A stretch of DNA of 64,000 nucleotides from assembly GCA_965230915.1 (NCBI GenBank), contig OZ246395.1, positions 536,935 to 600,934 on the forward strand, written 5' to 3'. Position 1 is the stretch's first letter, and each line of letters starts with the position of its first letter. Positions 39,520-48,573 of this stretch are shown piece by piece. A model generated the notes under the pieces. The model was not told the DNA's origin and ran no database searches. It saw only the letters and a list, made by a program, of their open reading frames with translations. This DNA comes from an uncultured Candidatus Saccharibacteria bacterium. GTDB taxonomy: Bacteria > Patescibacteriota > WWE3 > 2-01-FULL-39-13. Made by a program: the position numbers and the translations under genes.

Positions 39520-40413
39520 TCACATAGATTTTAAACGCTTAATGCGTTCTTGAACAGGAGGATGTGTATTAAAAAGGTTGGCAAACCAATCCGAATTAAC
39601 TCCTTTTTGTAATGGGTTTTCGAAATATAGGTGGGCTGTAGCTTCGTTCGCTACTTCTAATGGCTCGCGGTCTGCAGCAATCTTCTCCAATGCAGAAGCT
39701 AAAGCTTCAGGGTCACGTGTTAATAAGGCTCCAGACGCATCAGCCAAAAACTCTCGGCTTCTTGATACGGCTGCTTTTATTAGCTGGGCAATTATCGGAC
39801 TAAAAATAGCTGCGAGTAAGGCAATAACAGCGAAAATTGCCCCACCAGATCTTCGATTTCCGCCCAAATTTGTTCTCAAAAAGATATTACCGATTAAAGT
39901 TATAGAACCAACTAAAACTGCAACAATAGTCATTAATCGAATATCATAATTTTGAATATGAGAAAGCTCATGAGATAAAACTCCTTCTATCTCGCGTCTA
40001 TCTAATTTATCTAAAAGCCCAGTTGTAACGGCAACAACTGCGTGTTCTGGATCTCGACCTGTTGCAAAAGCATTAGGAGCCGAGTCATTTATTATATATA
40101 GATCAGGAATCTTCTTTAAACCAGCTCCAATACAAAGATTCTCTAAAACCCCATAAATTTGTGGCGACTGCTCGCGGCCGACTTTTTGTGCACCGGCTAT
40201 GCTTAAAACCGCTTTATCTGAAAAATAAAAACTCCAAAGAGAAGTTAGAGTTGACCCAATAACAGCTATCACCATAAAAGATAGACCGGCACCAGAGCCT
40301 GCGTAAACTTCGCCAAAGATATATCCCAAAAATGAGATAACAGCAATAAATAGTGCCATTATCATAAAAGTCTTACGTTTATTTGAAGCAATTTGTTCGT
40401 AAATAGTCATCAT
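39520..40413 (-). CDS. htpX: zinc metalloprotease HtpX (M48)
   Basis: PNAFATG, HELSH, SRSREFLADA, THPP. Confidence 0.95.
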   Translation of the reverse strand: MMTIYEQIASNKRKTFMIMALFIAVISFLGYIFGEVYAGSGAGLSFMVIAVIGSTLTSLWSFYFSDKAVLSIAGAQKVGREQSPQIYGVLENLCIGAGLKKIPDLYIINDSAPNAFATGRDPEHAVVAVTTGLLDKLDRREIEGVLSHELSHIQNYDIRLMTIVAVLVGSITLIGNIFLRTNLGGNRRSGGAIFAVIALLAAIFSPIIAQLIKAAVSRSREFLADASGALLTRDPEALASALEKIAADREPLEVANEATAHLYFENPLQKGVNSDWFANLFNTHPPVQERIKRLKSM

Positions 40414-40449
40414 AATGCTCTAAATAGGATTCTATGGAGCAATGAAGTT

Positions 40450-41028
40450 TTATTGTTTCTTATCGAAGTTGATTTTAATATCTTGTTTTTCTTCTTCAGT
40501 TGCAGCAAAAAATTCCTCTTGTTTAAAACCTAGCATTCCGGCGATTACTACTGCTGGAAATAGATTTATTTGTGTATTATAGGCCAAAACATTAGAATTA
40601 TAAAATCTTCTTGAATAGGAAATCTTTTCTTCTATATCGGTAACTTTATCCATTAAACTTGCTAGTTCTCCGTGAGATTTAATATCTGGATAAGCTTCAA
40701 CCTGAACTTTAATATCGCGAACAGCACTAGAAATCTGATTTTCTAATTTAGCACGTTCTTCTGGATGAACACCTTTTGCGGCGTCTTCCATAGCACGACT
40801 TCTAAGTTCGGTAACTTTTGTAAGAATATCTTCATCAACGGCGACTGCTTTTTCAGCTGTGGCGATAAGGTCAGGCAAAAGATCGTATCTTTTCTTTAAT
40901 TGCACATCGATGTCTGCCCAAGCTTCTTTTACTCTCATTCTAAGAGTTACAAGCGAGTTGTATGTCATCCACACGAAAACTAAAATTATTAAAGGAATTA
41001 CAATTATTAAGATTAAACCTGTGTCCAT
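40450..41028 (-). CDS. lemA: LemA family protein
   Basis: YNSLV, AWADIDVQLKKRYDL, EAYPDIK, RRFYN. Confidence 0.95.
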   Translation of the reverse strand: MDTGLILIIVIPLIILVFVWMTYNSLVTLRMRVKEAWADIDVQLKKRYDLLPDLIATAEKAVAVDEDILTKVTELRSRAMEDAAKGVHPEERAKLENQISSAVRDIKVQVEAYPDIKSHGELASLMDKVTDIEEKISYSRRFYNSNVLAYNTQINLFPAVVIAGMLGFKQEEFFAATEEEKQDIKINFDKKQ

Positions 41029-41092
41029 CTTTTTATAGTAAATAAAATAACTAGATTGATTTTACCACATACAACAAAGAAAATTTTAGATT

Positions 41093-42661
41093 TTAGGCAA
41101 TTTTTAATTTACTAAAATCTAATGGATTATCCTGTCGAAATTCCAAATGTAACTTTACCGCTGTTTCTGCACGTTCGAATTGACGCCCCATATAAAAGGC
41201 ATTTCCTAAAGTTGAAACTGCTAAATCAGTATCAATCATAAAACTTAATTTGCGTGCTGCATTTTGTTCTTTACCGTCAATTTCCCACGATTTTAATTCA
41301 ACATTTCCGTCAGGAGAAATTAATTTCACTTTAATCATATCTTCTACAGTTTCGACAATTAAATTCCCACGTGGATCCCATTCGCAATATCCGCCATAGT
41401 TACTTAAAAGTTTTTCCATATCTGCGAAGTTATGTTCATATACATGTGCCATATTCGAAATTGTTATCATTGACCCCATTTCAACCATTAATTCATCTGC
41501 AATATTTTTTTGCAATTTACGAAGGGCAAATGCATTTAGCGGCCAAGCATTATACATATCATTGCTTCTAAAATAACAAGTCATCGTGAGTTTGCCTTGA
41601 TATATTTGGCATTGAATTAAAAATAAACATGGAATTTTTTTCGAAGGTCGTTGTGGGAAAATGTCCGTAAAAGTATTCCCTAAAAATGCCATCGCACCTT
41701 TGTCGTATGGAAAATTTTTTAATTTGCGAACGATCGCAACGGAAACCTGGTCAATACCTCCACCTTTATTAAAATATTTTTGAAAGCGATCAATTTTTAG
41801 CCACGGATAAATTTCTTTTAATTCTTTAATTTCTTTGTGAGCATAATTAAAAAGTCTTTCGCCGTAAGTGTAGTCTTCAGTATGTGGATCAGGATCAAAA
41901 AATCCTTTTATATAGTTATCCAGATCATCTTTATTAAATGGCATATATTCCGGGATATTCCACTTATCAGGGTTTTCTTCAGTTATAACTGCAGTCAAAT
42001 TTAAAATCTCTTTTAATTTATTTGAGGTGTCAGAAACATAATTTATAACAGGTTCGGATTCTAGTCCAAACATAGACACATGTTTTAAAATTGAAAGATA
42101 AGCTTCAGCTATTGTAGTTCGGCGAATTTTTATTAAGTCAATTTCAGATGGGTAAGTAGAAACTTGAGGCTTTGGAGGATCAGGGAATGTTTCGGAATCA
42201 GACCAAAGTTTTTCAAATTTGATTAATTCGATAGTAGTTTTTAGTTGAACCAATTTATCCGGACCACGCAAATCAATTAATTTAACATTTTCACGAAATT
42301 TATTTATGGCTTCTAGCGGAATTTCTTTTTCGATTTCGGCAGTATCATCACCGACAACTTTGTAATCTTCGGTGATTCCATCTCGCATTAATTTTACAAA
42401 TGCTTCACCTGATTCCATCAAATCATTTCCGCATAAATATATTGTATTTATAAATGGATTCGCCAAAACATTTCTTATTAAATAGTTGATTCCTTTTTTT
42501 GTGTAGAGTTGGCCGAGAATAGAATAATTTTCTTTTTCAACTAATCGTTCGATTGCTTCTTTTGGAGTCCATAAACATGCGATAGCGACTGATGATTCCA
42601 AGTTAGAAATTGTTAAGCGGTCTTTAAAATAAATTGGCCAAACTTCTGGTGCGTCACTCAT
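41093..42661 (-). CDS. thyA: thymidylate synthase fusion: MtrA-like N-domain, TS core, DUF4346-like C-domain
   Basis: TS motifs YTYGERL, IPCL, FRSND, N specificity residue, AHVY; N-terminal VAIACLWT..GINYLIRNVLANP; C-terminal WDPRGN..YMGRQFERAE. Confidence 0.75.
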   Translation of the reverse strand: MSDAPEVWPIYFKDRLTISNLESSVAIACLWTPKEAIERLVEKENYSILGQLYTKKGINYLIRNVLANPFINTIYLCGNDLMESGEAFVKLMRDGITEDYKVVGDDTAEIEKEIPLEAINKFRENVKLIDLRGPDKLVQLKTTIELIKFEKLWSDSETFPDPPKPQVSTYPSEIDLIKIRRTTIAEAYLSILKHVSMFGLESEPVINYVSDTSNKLKEILNLTAVITEENPDKWNIPEYMPFNKDDLDNYIKGFFDPDPHTEDYTYGERLFNYAHKEIKELKEIYPWLKIDRFQKYFNKGGGIDQVSVAIVRKLKNFPYDKGAMAFLGNTFTDIFPQRPSKKIPCLFLIQCQIYQGKLTMTCYFRSNDMYNAWPLNAFALRKLQKNIADELMVEMGSMITISNMAHVYEHNFADMEKLLSNYGGYCEWDPRGNLIVETVEDMIKVKLISPDGNVELKSWEIDGKEQNAARKLSFMIDTDLAVSTLGNAFYMGRQFERAETAVKLHLEFRQDNPLDFSKLKIA

Positions 42662-42685
42662 CTATGGCAGTGTATATGAAAATTT

Positions 42686-42732
42686 TTCCTGTGTTAAGAA
42701 GTGATCATGAGATCGTCTCCTTAACACAGGAA
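42686..42732. other. long hairpin after orphan gene
   Basis: TTCCTGTGTTAAG/CTTAACACAGGAA 13-bp perfect stem with inner GATC/GATC. Confidence 0.7.
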
Positions 42733-42743
42733 GGTATTTGGAG

Positions 42744-43112
42744 CTATGCGGCAGCTCTTAGGGGTTCTTGCTCAAGAACTCTACATGCCATTGGAGAATG
42801 GTCGTCCTCAGGGTCGCCATTTTCCTCAAAGAGAGTCCCGCCATTTTCATTGGCGAAATTTTGAATTGCCTCAAGGGCATTGTGCCTTGCAGCATGTGTT
42901 AACCCCTCTCGCTCGAAGATTGCTACAGCCTGCAACATAGCTGGATTTGTACCTGGCGAATCATTCTCATTTTTCCTCGTCAGCAAAAAAATAAGGGCGG
43001 CACGCACAAGTTGCTTTGCAGGATCCCTTGGCTGCGTTTGCTGCATGATTTCACCTAGCGTTATTTCAGGGGTATCCTTTTTTGGAGCTTTACTCTTCTT
43101 GGAACTGCCCAT
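42744..43112 (-). CDS. orphan hypothetical protein
   Basis: AGGAG SD; 122 aa; higher GC than flanks. Confidence 0.6.
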   Translation of the reverse strand: MGSSKKSKAPKKDTPEITLGEIMQQTQPRDPAKQLVRAALIFLLTRKNENDSPGTNPAMLQAVAIFEREGLTHAARHNALEAIQNFANENGGTLFEENGDPEDDHSPMACRVLEQEPLRAAA

Positions 43113-43166
43113 TGGGGTATTCTCCTATCTAAAAATGTTTAACAGCGATTGTTAAAACTGCCAAAA

Positions 43167-43886
43167 TTATATCGTGGTTTTTTGCAAAATGAAGTAGTCA
43201 TTTAAGTTGTTATTTTTGCCATCGGCTGAAAATCGCGAGACCAATTCTAATCCGGTTGATTCTATAATCTTAGTCATTTCATCTTCACTATATATATGCA
43301 CATACCGATAGGCATCAGATTTATTCCATCCAATAATATAGTCGTTTTCTTCAAGCTCTAGATTCAAAAACTTCTCATTTTGAGGATCAAACCGTTCATC
43401 GCGGTTGTAATTCCATGTCGTAAAAACAAATATGCCATTAGGATTTAATAAATTTGCGACGTCACAGAACCATTTGCGGCGAAAGTCATAAGAGGGGATA
43501 TGATGAACAAGGCCAAAGGCAAAAACCAGGTCAAACTTCTTATTAATTTTTTCTAAATCAGTCAAAATATCCAACTGCTCAAAGTTGCCAGATCCGACGT
43601 CGTAATGTTTAGCAGGGGAGTTTAATAAAAATTTATCTGAGTCATAACCATAATATTCGTAATCTTCTAGGTTATGGTCCAATAAAAACTTCAAAAAACG
43701 GCCATTTCCGCAGCCTAAATCAGCAATTTCTTCAAATCCATCGAATCGACTCATTTCGACTAAAGTTTCCCAGACTTTTTCCCAACCTGGCCAGGCCGAT
43801 TGTCTGGTTTTGTCGAATTCTCCACCAATTTTTTGGTAAAAATCTTTATTTAACTGGATAATTTCATTAAATGCTCTAAAATTCAC
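43167..43886 (-). CDS. class I SAM methyltransferase, Trm9/ALKBH8-like
   Basis: FDKTRQSAWP, DLGCGNGR, VHHIPS..RR, DYIIGW, YRYVHIY..DE. Confidence 0.8.
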   Translation of the reverse strand: MNFRAFNEIIQLNKDFYQKIGGEFDKTRQSAWPGWEKVWETLVEMSRFDGFEEIADLGCGNGRFLKFLLDHNLEDYEYYGYDSDKFLLNSPAKHYDVGSGNFEQLDILTDLEKINKKFDLVFAFGLVHHIPSYDFRRKWFCDVANLLNPNGIFVFTTWNYNRDERFDPQNEKFLNLELEENDYIIGWNKSDAYRYVHIYSEDEMTKIIESTGLELVSRFSADGKNNNLNDYFILQKTTI

Positions 43887-43890
43887 CGTA

Positions 43891-45663
43891 ATGGCTAAAA
43901 CCTACTATATAGACGTAAAATCGCATAAAGACTCACTGATTTCAATTATAGAAGAATTGGGCGAATTAGAAAGCACAACCGACCGTGATATAAGAAAAGT
44001 CTTTAGAAAGTATCCCAAAAACGACAATGGATTATTCAAAAAAAGCGATATCGCCTATGCATTTGAACAATTCGAAGAAGACGGTGAATTAGATTTAAGT
44101 ACTGAAAAATCTGACAAAGTTAAACAGATTCTAAAAATGAAAGCCACTCGAACAATTTCAGGAGTGACCCCGGTGACTGTTTTAACAAAACCATTCCCCT
44201 GCCCCGGCAAATGTATTTTTTGCCCGAATGACGTACGCATGCCAAAAAGCTATCTTTCAGATGAACCAGGCGCACAACGTGCAACTAGGAACCGTTTTGA
44301 TCCATATGCACAAACATACAACCGTTTGCTAGCTTACAAAGCAATGGGACATCCGACTGACAAAATTGAATTAATAATTCTTGGTGGAACATGGACTTCA
44401 TACCCCGAAACTTATCAAATTTGGTTTGTGAAAAGGTGTTTTGATGCAATGAATGATTTTTCACAAATAACAGCCGATGACATTTATGATTCCGAGCCCG
44501 ATACACCATTTGATGAAAATTCGCTCGAAGAAATACATGGCGAGAAAATTGATAAAAGTTATAACCTAGTTGTTTCTACAGCACTAATACCAAAACGTGA
44601 ACAAGCTAAAACTGAAACAGCAACGTGGGAAGAATTATTCGAATCACAAAATAAAAATGTTGATGGCGAAAATAGATGTGTCGGATTAGTTATCGAAACG
44701 CGCCCTGATGAAATAAACGAAACCGAAGTAATTCGAATTAGAAAACTTGGAGCAACTAAAACACAAATAGGATTCCAAAGCTTAAGCGACAAAGTTTTAA
44801 CTTTAAATAAACGAGGACACGATGTGCAAACAACTCGCGATGCCGTAAATCTTTTACGAAAAGCAGGATTTAAGATTCACGCGCACTGGATGCCAAATTT
44901 ATTTGGATCAACTCCCAAGCTCGATATCGAAGATTTCGAAAAAATGTTTACAGACGGCGACTTCATGCCTGATGAATTAAAAGTTTATCCATGTTCATTA
45001 ATAGAAAGTGCTGAACTTATGGTCTATTACAAAAATGGACTATGGCGAGCATACACCGAAGAAGAACTTTTAGAAGTTTTAAAAAACGTTTATAAAAATA
45101 CAGCTGAATATTGCCGTATAACTAGAATGATTCGAGATATCGGATCTCAAGACATTGTTACCGGAAACAAAAAAACAAATTTGCGCGAACTAGTCGAACG
45201 TGAACTTGCAAAAGAGAATGCAAAAATAAAAGAAATTCGTTACCGCGAAATTAAAAATAAAAAAGTTAAAAAAGATGATTTGGAAATAAAAGTGGTTGAA
45301 TACGAAACTTCGGTTTCTAAAGAATATTTTTTGCAATACATTACAAAAGAAAATTTAATTGCAGGATTCTTACGTTTATCACTTCCAAAAAATCATAGCG
45401 AACACTTTATAAGCGAATTAAAAGATTCAGCAATAATTCGCGAAGTTCACATTTACGGAGAAAGCGTTGAAATCGGAAACACACAAGAAGGTAAACCACA
45501 ACATTTAGGTTTGGGCAAAACATTAATTGCAAAAGCAGAAGAGCTCGCAATAAAAAATAATTTCAAAAAAATATCAGTAATTTCTTCGATCGGAACTCGT
45601 AATTATTATAAAAAGTTGGGATACGAATTAGAAGATTTATATCAAACTAAACTTCTCAGTTAA
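43891..45663 (+). CDS. elp3: tRNA uridine(34) acetyltransferase Elp3 (radical SAM + KAT)
   Basis: RTISGV, CPGKCIFCP, PKSY, GGTW, IETRPD, HWMPNL, LKVYP, IREVHIYG, QHLGLG, GTRNYY. Confidence 0.93.
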   Translation: MAKTYYIDVKSHKDSLISIIEELGELESTTDRDIRKVFRKYPKNDNGLFKKSDIAYAFEQFEEDGELDLSTEKSDKVKQILKMKATRTISGVTPVTVLTKPFPCPGKCIFCPNDVRMPKSYLSDEPGAQRATRNRFDPYAQTYNRLLAYKAMGHPTDKIELIILGGTWTSYPETYQIWFVKRCFDAMNDFSQITADDIYDSEPDTPFDENSLEEIHGEKIDKSYNLVVSTALIPKREQAKTETATWEELFESQNKNVDGENRCVGLVIETRPDEINETEVIRIRKLGATKTQIGFQSLSDKVLTLNKRGHDVQTTRDAVNLLRKAGFKIHAHWMPNLFGSTPKLDIEDFEKMFTDGDFMPDELKVYPCSLIESAELMVYYKNGLWRAYTEEELLEVLKNVYKNTAEYCRITRMIRDIGSQDIVTGNKKTNLRELVERELAKENAKIKEIRYREIKNKKVKKDDLEIKVVEYETSVSKEYFLQYITKENLIAGFLRLSLPKNHSEHFISELKDSAIIREVHIYGESVEIGNTQEGKPQHLGLGKTLIAKAEELAIKNNFKKISVISSIGTRNYYKKLGYELEDLYQTKLLS

Positions 45664-46158
45664 TATACCTGCCCGCTTAATCAAATCGATTCCGCTAGTG
45701 TCTGTATGCTCTGCTTGATAATAAATTTCTTTTACTCCAGCTTGAATCAACGATTTTGCACATGTATAGCAAGGAGAATTTGTAATAAAAAAGATCATTC
45801 CATCAATTTTTAGTCCAAGCTTAGCGCATTTCGCAATCATATTCATTTCAGCATGAATCGAACACACTTTTTGAAATTCACGACCTTTTAAATTTTCGAT
45901 TTCACGAATACATAAACGTTTTCCATTTTCATCAAAATTTTGGCAATACATTTCACCTTTAACTGTTTCATTAAAAGATTTAATGTAAGTAAATTCGCCA
46001 TCAGATTTAATAAATTCATCATTAATATCCTTGTGAGATACATCAAACTGAATAACTCCTACGCATCCAACTTTATATCCGCATGATGATTTATTAGATA
46101 TACGTGAGGCTTTCGCCATAAATTCACTTTTTTGTTTTTCGTTAAGGGAAATTTCCAC
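45637..46158 (-). CDS. dCMP deaminase / ComEB family zinc deaminase
   Basis: HAEMN...SPCYTCAKSLIQAG. Confidence 0.88.
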   Translation of the reverse strand: MEISLNEKQKSEFMAKASRISNKSSCGYKVGCVGVIQFDVSHKDINDEFIKSDGEFTYIKSFNETVKGEMYCQNFDENGKRLCIREIENLKGREFQKVCSIHAEMNMIAKCAKLGLKIDGMIFFITNSPCYTCAKSLIQAGVKEIYYQAEHTDTSGIDLIKRAGILTEKFSLI

Positions 46159-46189
46159 ACACCGATTCTAATTTGTTTTACAAATTTTT

Positions 46190-46216
46190 AAAAGGTGGAC
46201 CAATACTGGTCCACCT
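46190..46216 (-). terminator. intrinsic terminator
   Basis: AAAAGGTGGACCA-ATAC-TGGTCCACCT. Confidence 0.75.
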
Positions 46217-46239
46217 CTTGTTATGGCTATGGGCATGTT

Positions 46240-46776
46240 TTATTTAACATCAAGTACGGACACATCTGCTGCATCATTTCGATTAAACAGATTTTCTACT
46301 TCTTCACGGTCATCGTCATCAGAATTTACTCCGACTAAAATTGATCCGTTTTTAATAGCATCCTCATATCTTTTTGCTTTAACTTCATCAAGACCGAGTT
46401 CTTTTAATCCAGCTACTAAACCACCTGCCAAAGCTCCGGTTAGAGCTCCAGAAGCGGTTGTTCCTGCAATTCCGGTTATACCTAAAGCTGCAGCAACTGG
46501 ACCTGCTATAAATATTGCACCGATTCCTGGAATGGTAAGTGCTCCAAGTCCTACTAAAAGGCCTAGAACTCCTCCAACTACTGCACCAGTTTTAGCACCT
46601 TGTGCTATACCATGTGATGCGTCATTGTCTATTTTCACATCTCCATTAACAACATCTTCACGACTTATAACTGTGACTTCGCTCGGGGAATATCCCATCG
46701 CGGTTAAATCATCGATTGCTTCGCTTGCTCGTGAAACAGAATCGAAGATTCCCATGATCATTTTATCTTTGGCCAT
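46240..46776 (-). CDS. general stress protein (YflT-like, Gly-rich TM hairpin)
   Basis: GIFDS..A..AI..L...GY; GAVVGGVLG, IPGIG..AGP; GGAGGTG SD. Confidence 0.85.
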   Translation of the reverse strand: MAKDKMIMGIFDSVSRASEAIDDLTAMGYSPSEVTVISREDVVNGDVKIDNDASHGIAQGAKTGAVVGGVLGLLVGLGALTIPGIGAIFIAGPVAAALGITGIAGTTASGALTGALAGGLVAGLKELGLDEVKAKRYEDAIKNGSILVGVNSDDDDREEVENLFNRNDAADVSVLDVK

Positions 46777-46879
46777 TTATGATTCACCTCCAAAGGTTTC
46801 CAATTATTTAACTGAACTCAATATAATTTAAGAAAATAATAATGAAGTTAGAAATTTGTGAAAAAGTTGTAAGAAAAGG

Positions 46880-47335
46880 TCAGAGGTTCTTACGCAATTC
46901 TTGCGCTAATTCTAAAGGAGGCATGGTGATATCCTGATAATTCCAAGTGTTAAGGCCTTCTTTATGTGGAAGCAAAAACATATGAGCGTGAGGAACACTT
47001 TTACTTGCCTTCATGCCTTTTGGAGCCCGCTGCAAAATCCAAACATTTTCTATATTTAAAACATCTCTTAATAATTTGATCCCAATTTTTGCTAATCGCT
47101 GCATGTCGGTCCATTCCTCTTCAGTAATTTCTTCGAACGATTCGACATGTCTTTTGGGAATAACCATTAAATGCCCGTCTATATATGGAAATAAATTCAC
47201 AGTTAAAACAGCATTGTCGTTGGTGGTTATAATATATTTTTCACGCAAATCGCAAAAAACACATTTACCGGTATTGGTCCAAATATCACCGTATGTTCCT
47301 TTTTTACGTGCATTATAATCGCTATAATCTTCCAT
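46880..47335 (-). CDS. HIT family protein
   Basis: CVFC, NLFPYIDGHLMVIPKRH, SVPHAHMF (degenerate triad). Confidence 0.85.
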   Translation of the reverse strand: MEDYSDYNARKKGTYGDIWTNTGKCVFCDLREKYIITTNDNAVLTVNLFPYIDGHLMVIPKRHVESFEEITEEEWTDMQRLAKIGIKLLRDVLNIENVWILQRAPKGMKASKSVPHAHMFLLPHKEGLNTWNYQDITMPPLELAQELRKNL

Positions 47336-47344
47336 TAGGCAGTT

Positions 47345-48562
47345 TTAGTCTTTCAGCGCAGTAAATTTCTCAGCTTCGCTCAAGACTTCTTTAAATAATT
47401 GACGAACACGAATTCCTGCAGCTTTTCTAATTAATTTGCTAGAAGATAAATTTGGCGACTGAGGAGGAACCATCACGATCTTGCCTCCCCAACTTTTCAC
47501 TTCATTCAATTCGGAATTCTCATCTATTTTATTCCACCCTTCGTCGACCGTAAAGAAAATATCCGGTTTTAGTTCTTTTAATATCGGAGTAACGGATTCG
47601 TCGTCAAAAATTACTATATAGTCGACGAATCCAAAAAATCCCATTAATTCTGCACGAGACCTCTCGTTAATAATCGGACGTCCCCTTCCCTTTTGCTTTC
47701 GAATAATTTTGTCAGAAGGTATAGCTAAAACTAAAGTGTCCCCTAATGAACGAGCGCGATTGTAAAAGCGAGCATGGCCTGCATGTAATAAATCACATGC
47801 CCCTGATGATAAAACGATTTTCTTTCCATTCCTTCTAAGCTTCTCGCCGAGAGATTTCACATCTGAACGTTTGATTAACTCTGCATAATATTTTCTAGAA
47901 AAAAGATTTAGATCGCTAGAATGTTCACCAAAATATAAACTTTCTTCACGAACACTTGTTTTTATTCCTGAAAACTTATTTTTTGACCAATTTCCTTTTG
48001 ATAAATCGATTGTAACTTTTCCAAAAAAATATTCGATTATTTCTTTTATTTTCAAATCGGCAACTCCATTTACAATACCTGCAGCCGATACAAACGGCCG
48101 GGCCTTAGGCTCTTTTATAATTCTTCCACCATATTTCTTAATCAATTTTTCTTCTGAAGGTTTCCTTAAATGACTTTTCCAATCCTGGCCGAGTGTATAA
48201 ACTACATCTGGCTTTAAAGCGCGTAAAATAGGCAAAATATCTTTTTTGTTCATATAAACCGTGTGATCGACAAAGTCGAAATACTCTAAAAGTTCAGCTC
48301 TGTTTTTTTGGTCGATTAGTGGAAAACCTTTACCACGCATTTCGCGATTTGATTTATTTGTAGCAACCCCGACAACCAATATATCTCCGGCTTGTTTTGC
48401 TTTTAGCAAATATAGGGCATGGCCACTGTGAATTAAGTCAAATGTTCCATATGTAAATACAATCTTTTTATTTTCTTTTTGTGAAAGTTTTTTAAGTGGA
48501 GATAAATCCCTAATATCTAAATGCTTTTTTAAGATGTCTTTCTCGTGGTCCACATCTGACAT
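47345..48562 (-). CDS. tandem cytidylyltransferase-like (RfaE domain II / TagD-like) protein
   Basis: Two nucleotidyltransferase domains: GTFDLIHSGH and GACDLLHAGH, each with R..RAEL and KPD motifs. Confidence 0.85.
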   Translation of the reverse strand: MSDVDHEKDILKKHLDIRDLSPLKKLSQKENKKIVFTYGTFDLIHSGHALYLLKAKQAGDILVVGVATNKSNREMRGKGFPLIDQKNRAELLEYFDFVDHTVYMNKKDILPILRALKPDVVYTLGQDWKSHLRKPSEEKLIKKYGGRIIKEPKARPFVSAAGIVNGVADLKIKEIIEYFFGKVTIDLSKGNWSKNKFSGIKTSVREESLYFGEHSSDLNLFSRKYYAELIKRSDVKSLGEKLRRNGKKIVLSSGACDLLHAGHARFYNRARSLGDTLVLAIPSDKIIRKQKGRGRPIINERSRAELMGFFGFVDYIVIFDDESVTPILKELKPDIFFTVDEGWNKIDENSELNEVKSWGGKIVMVPPQSPNLSSSKLIRKAAGIRVRQLFKEVLSEAEKFTALKD

Positions 48563-48573
48563 TATATTAAATT

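Noticed and set aside
46223-46831. 202-aa plus-strand ORF
   Set aside because: Antisense shadow of the Gly/Ala-rich stress protein
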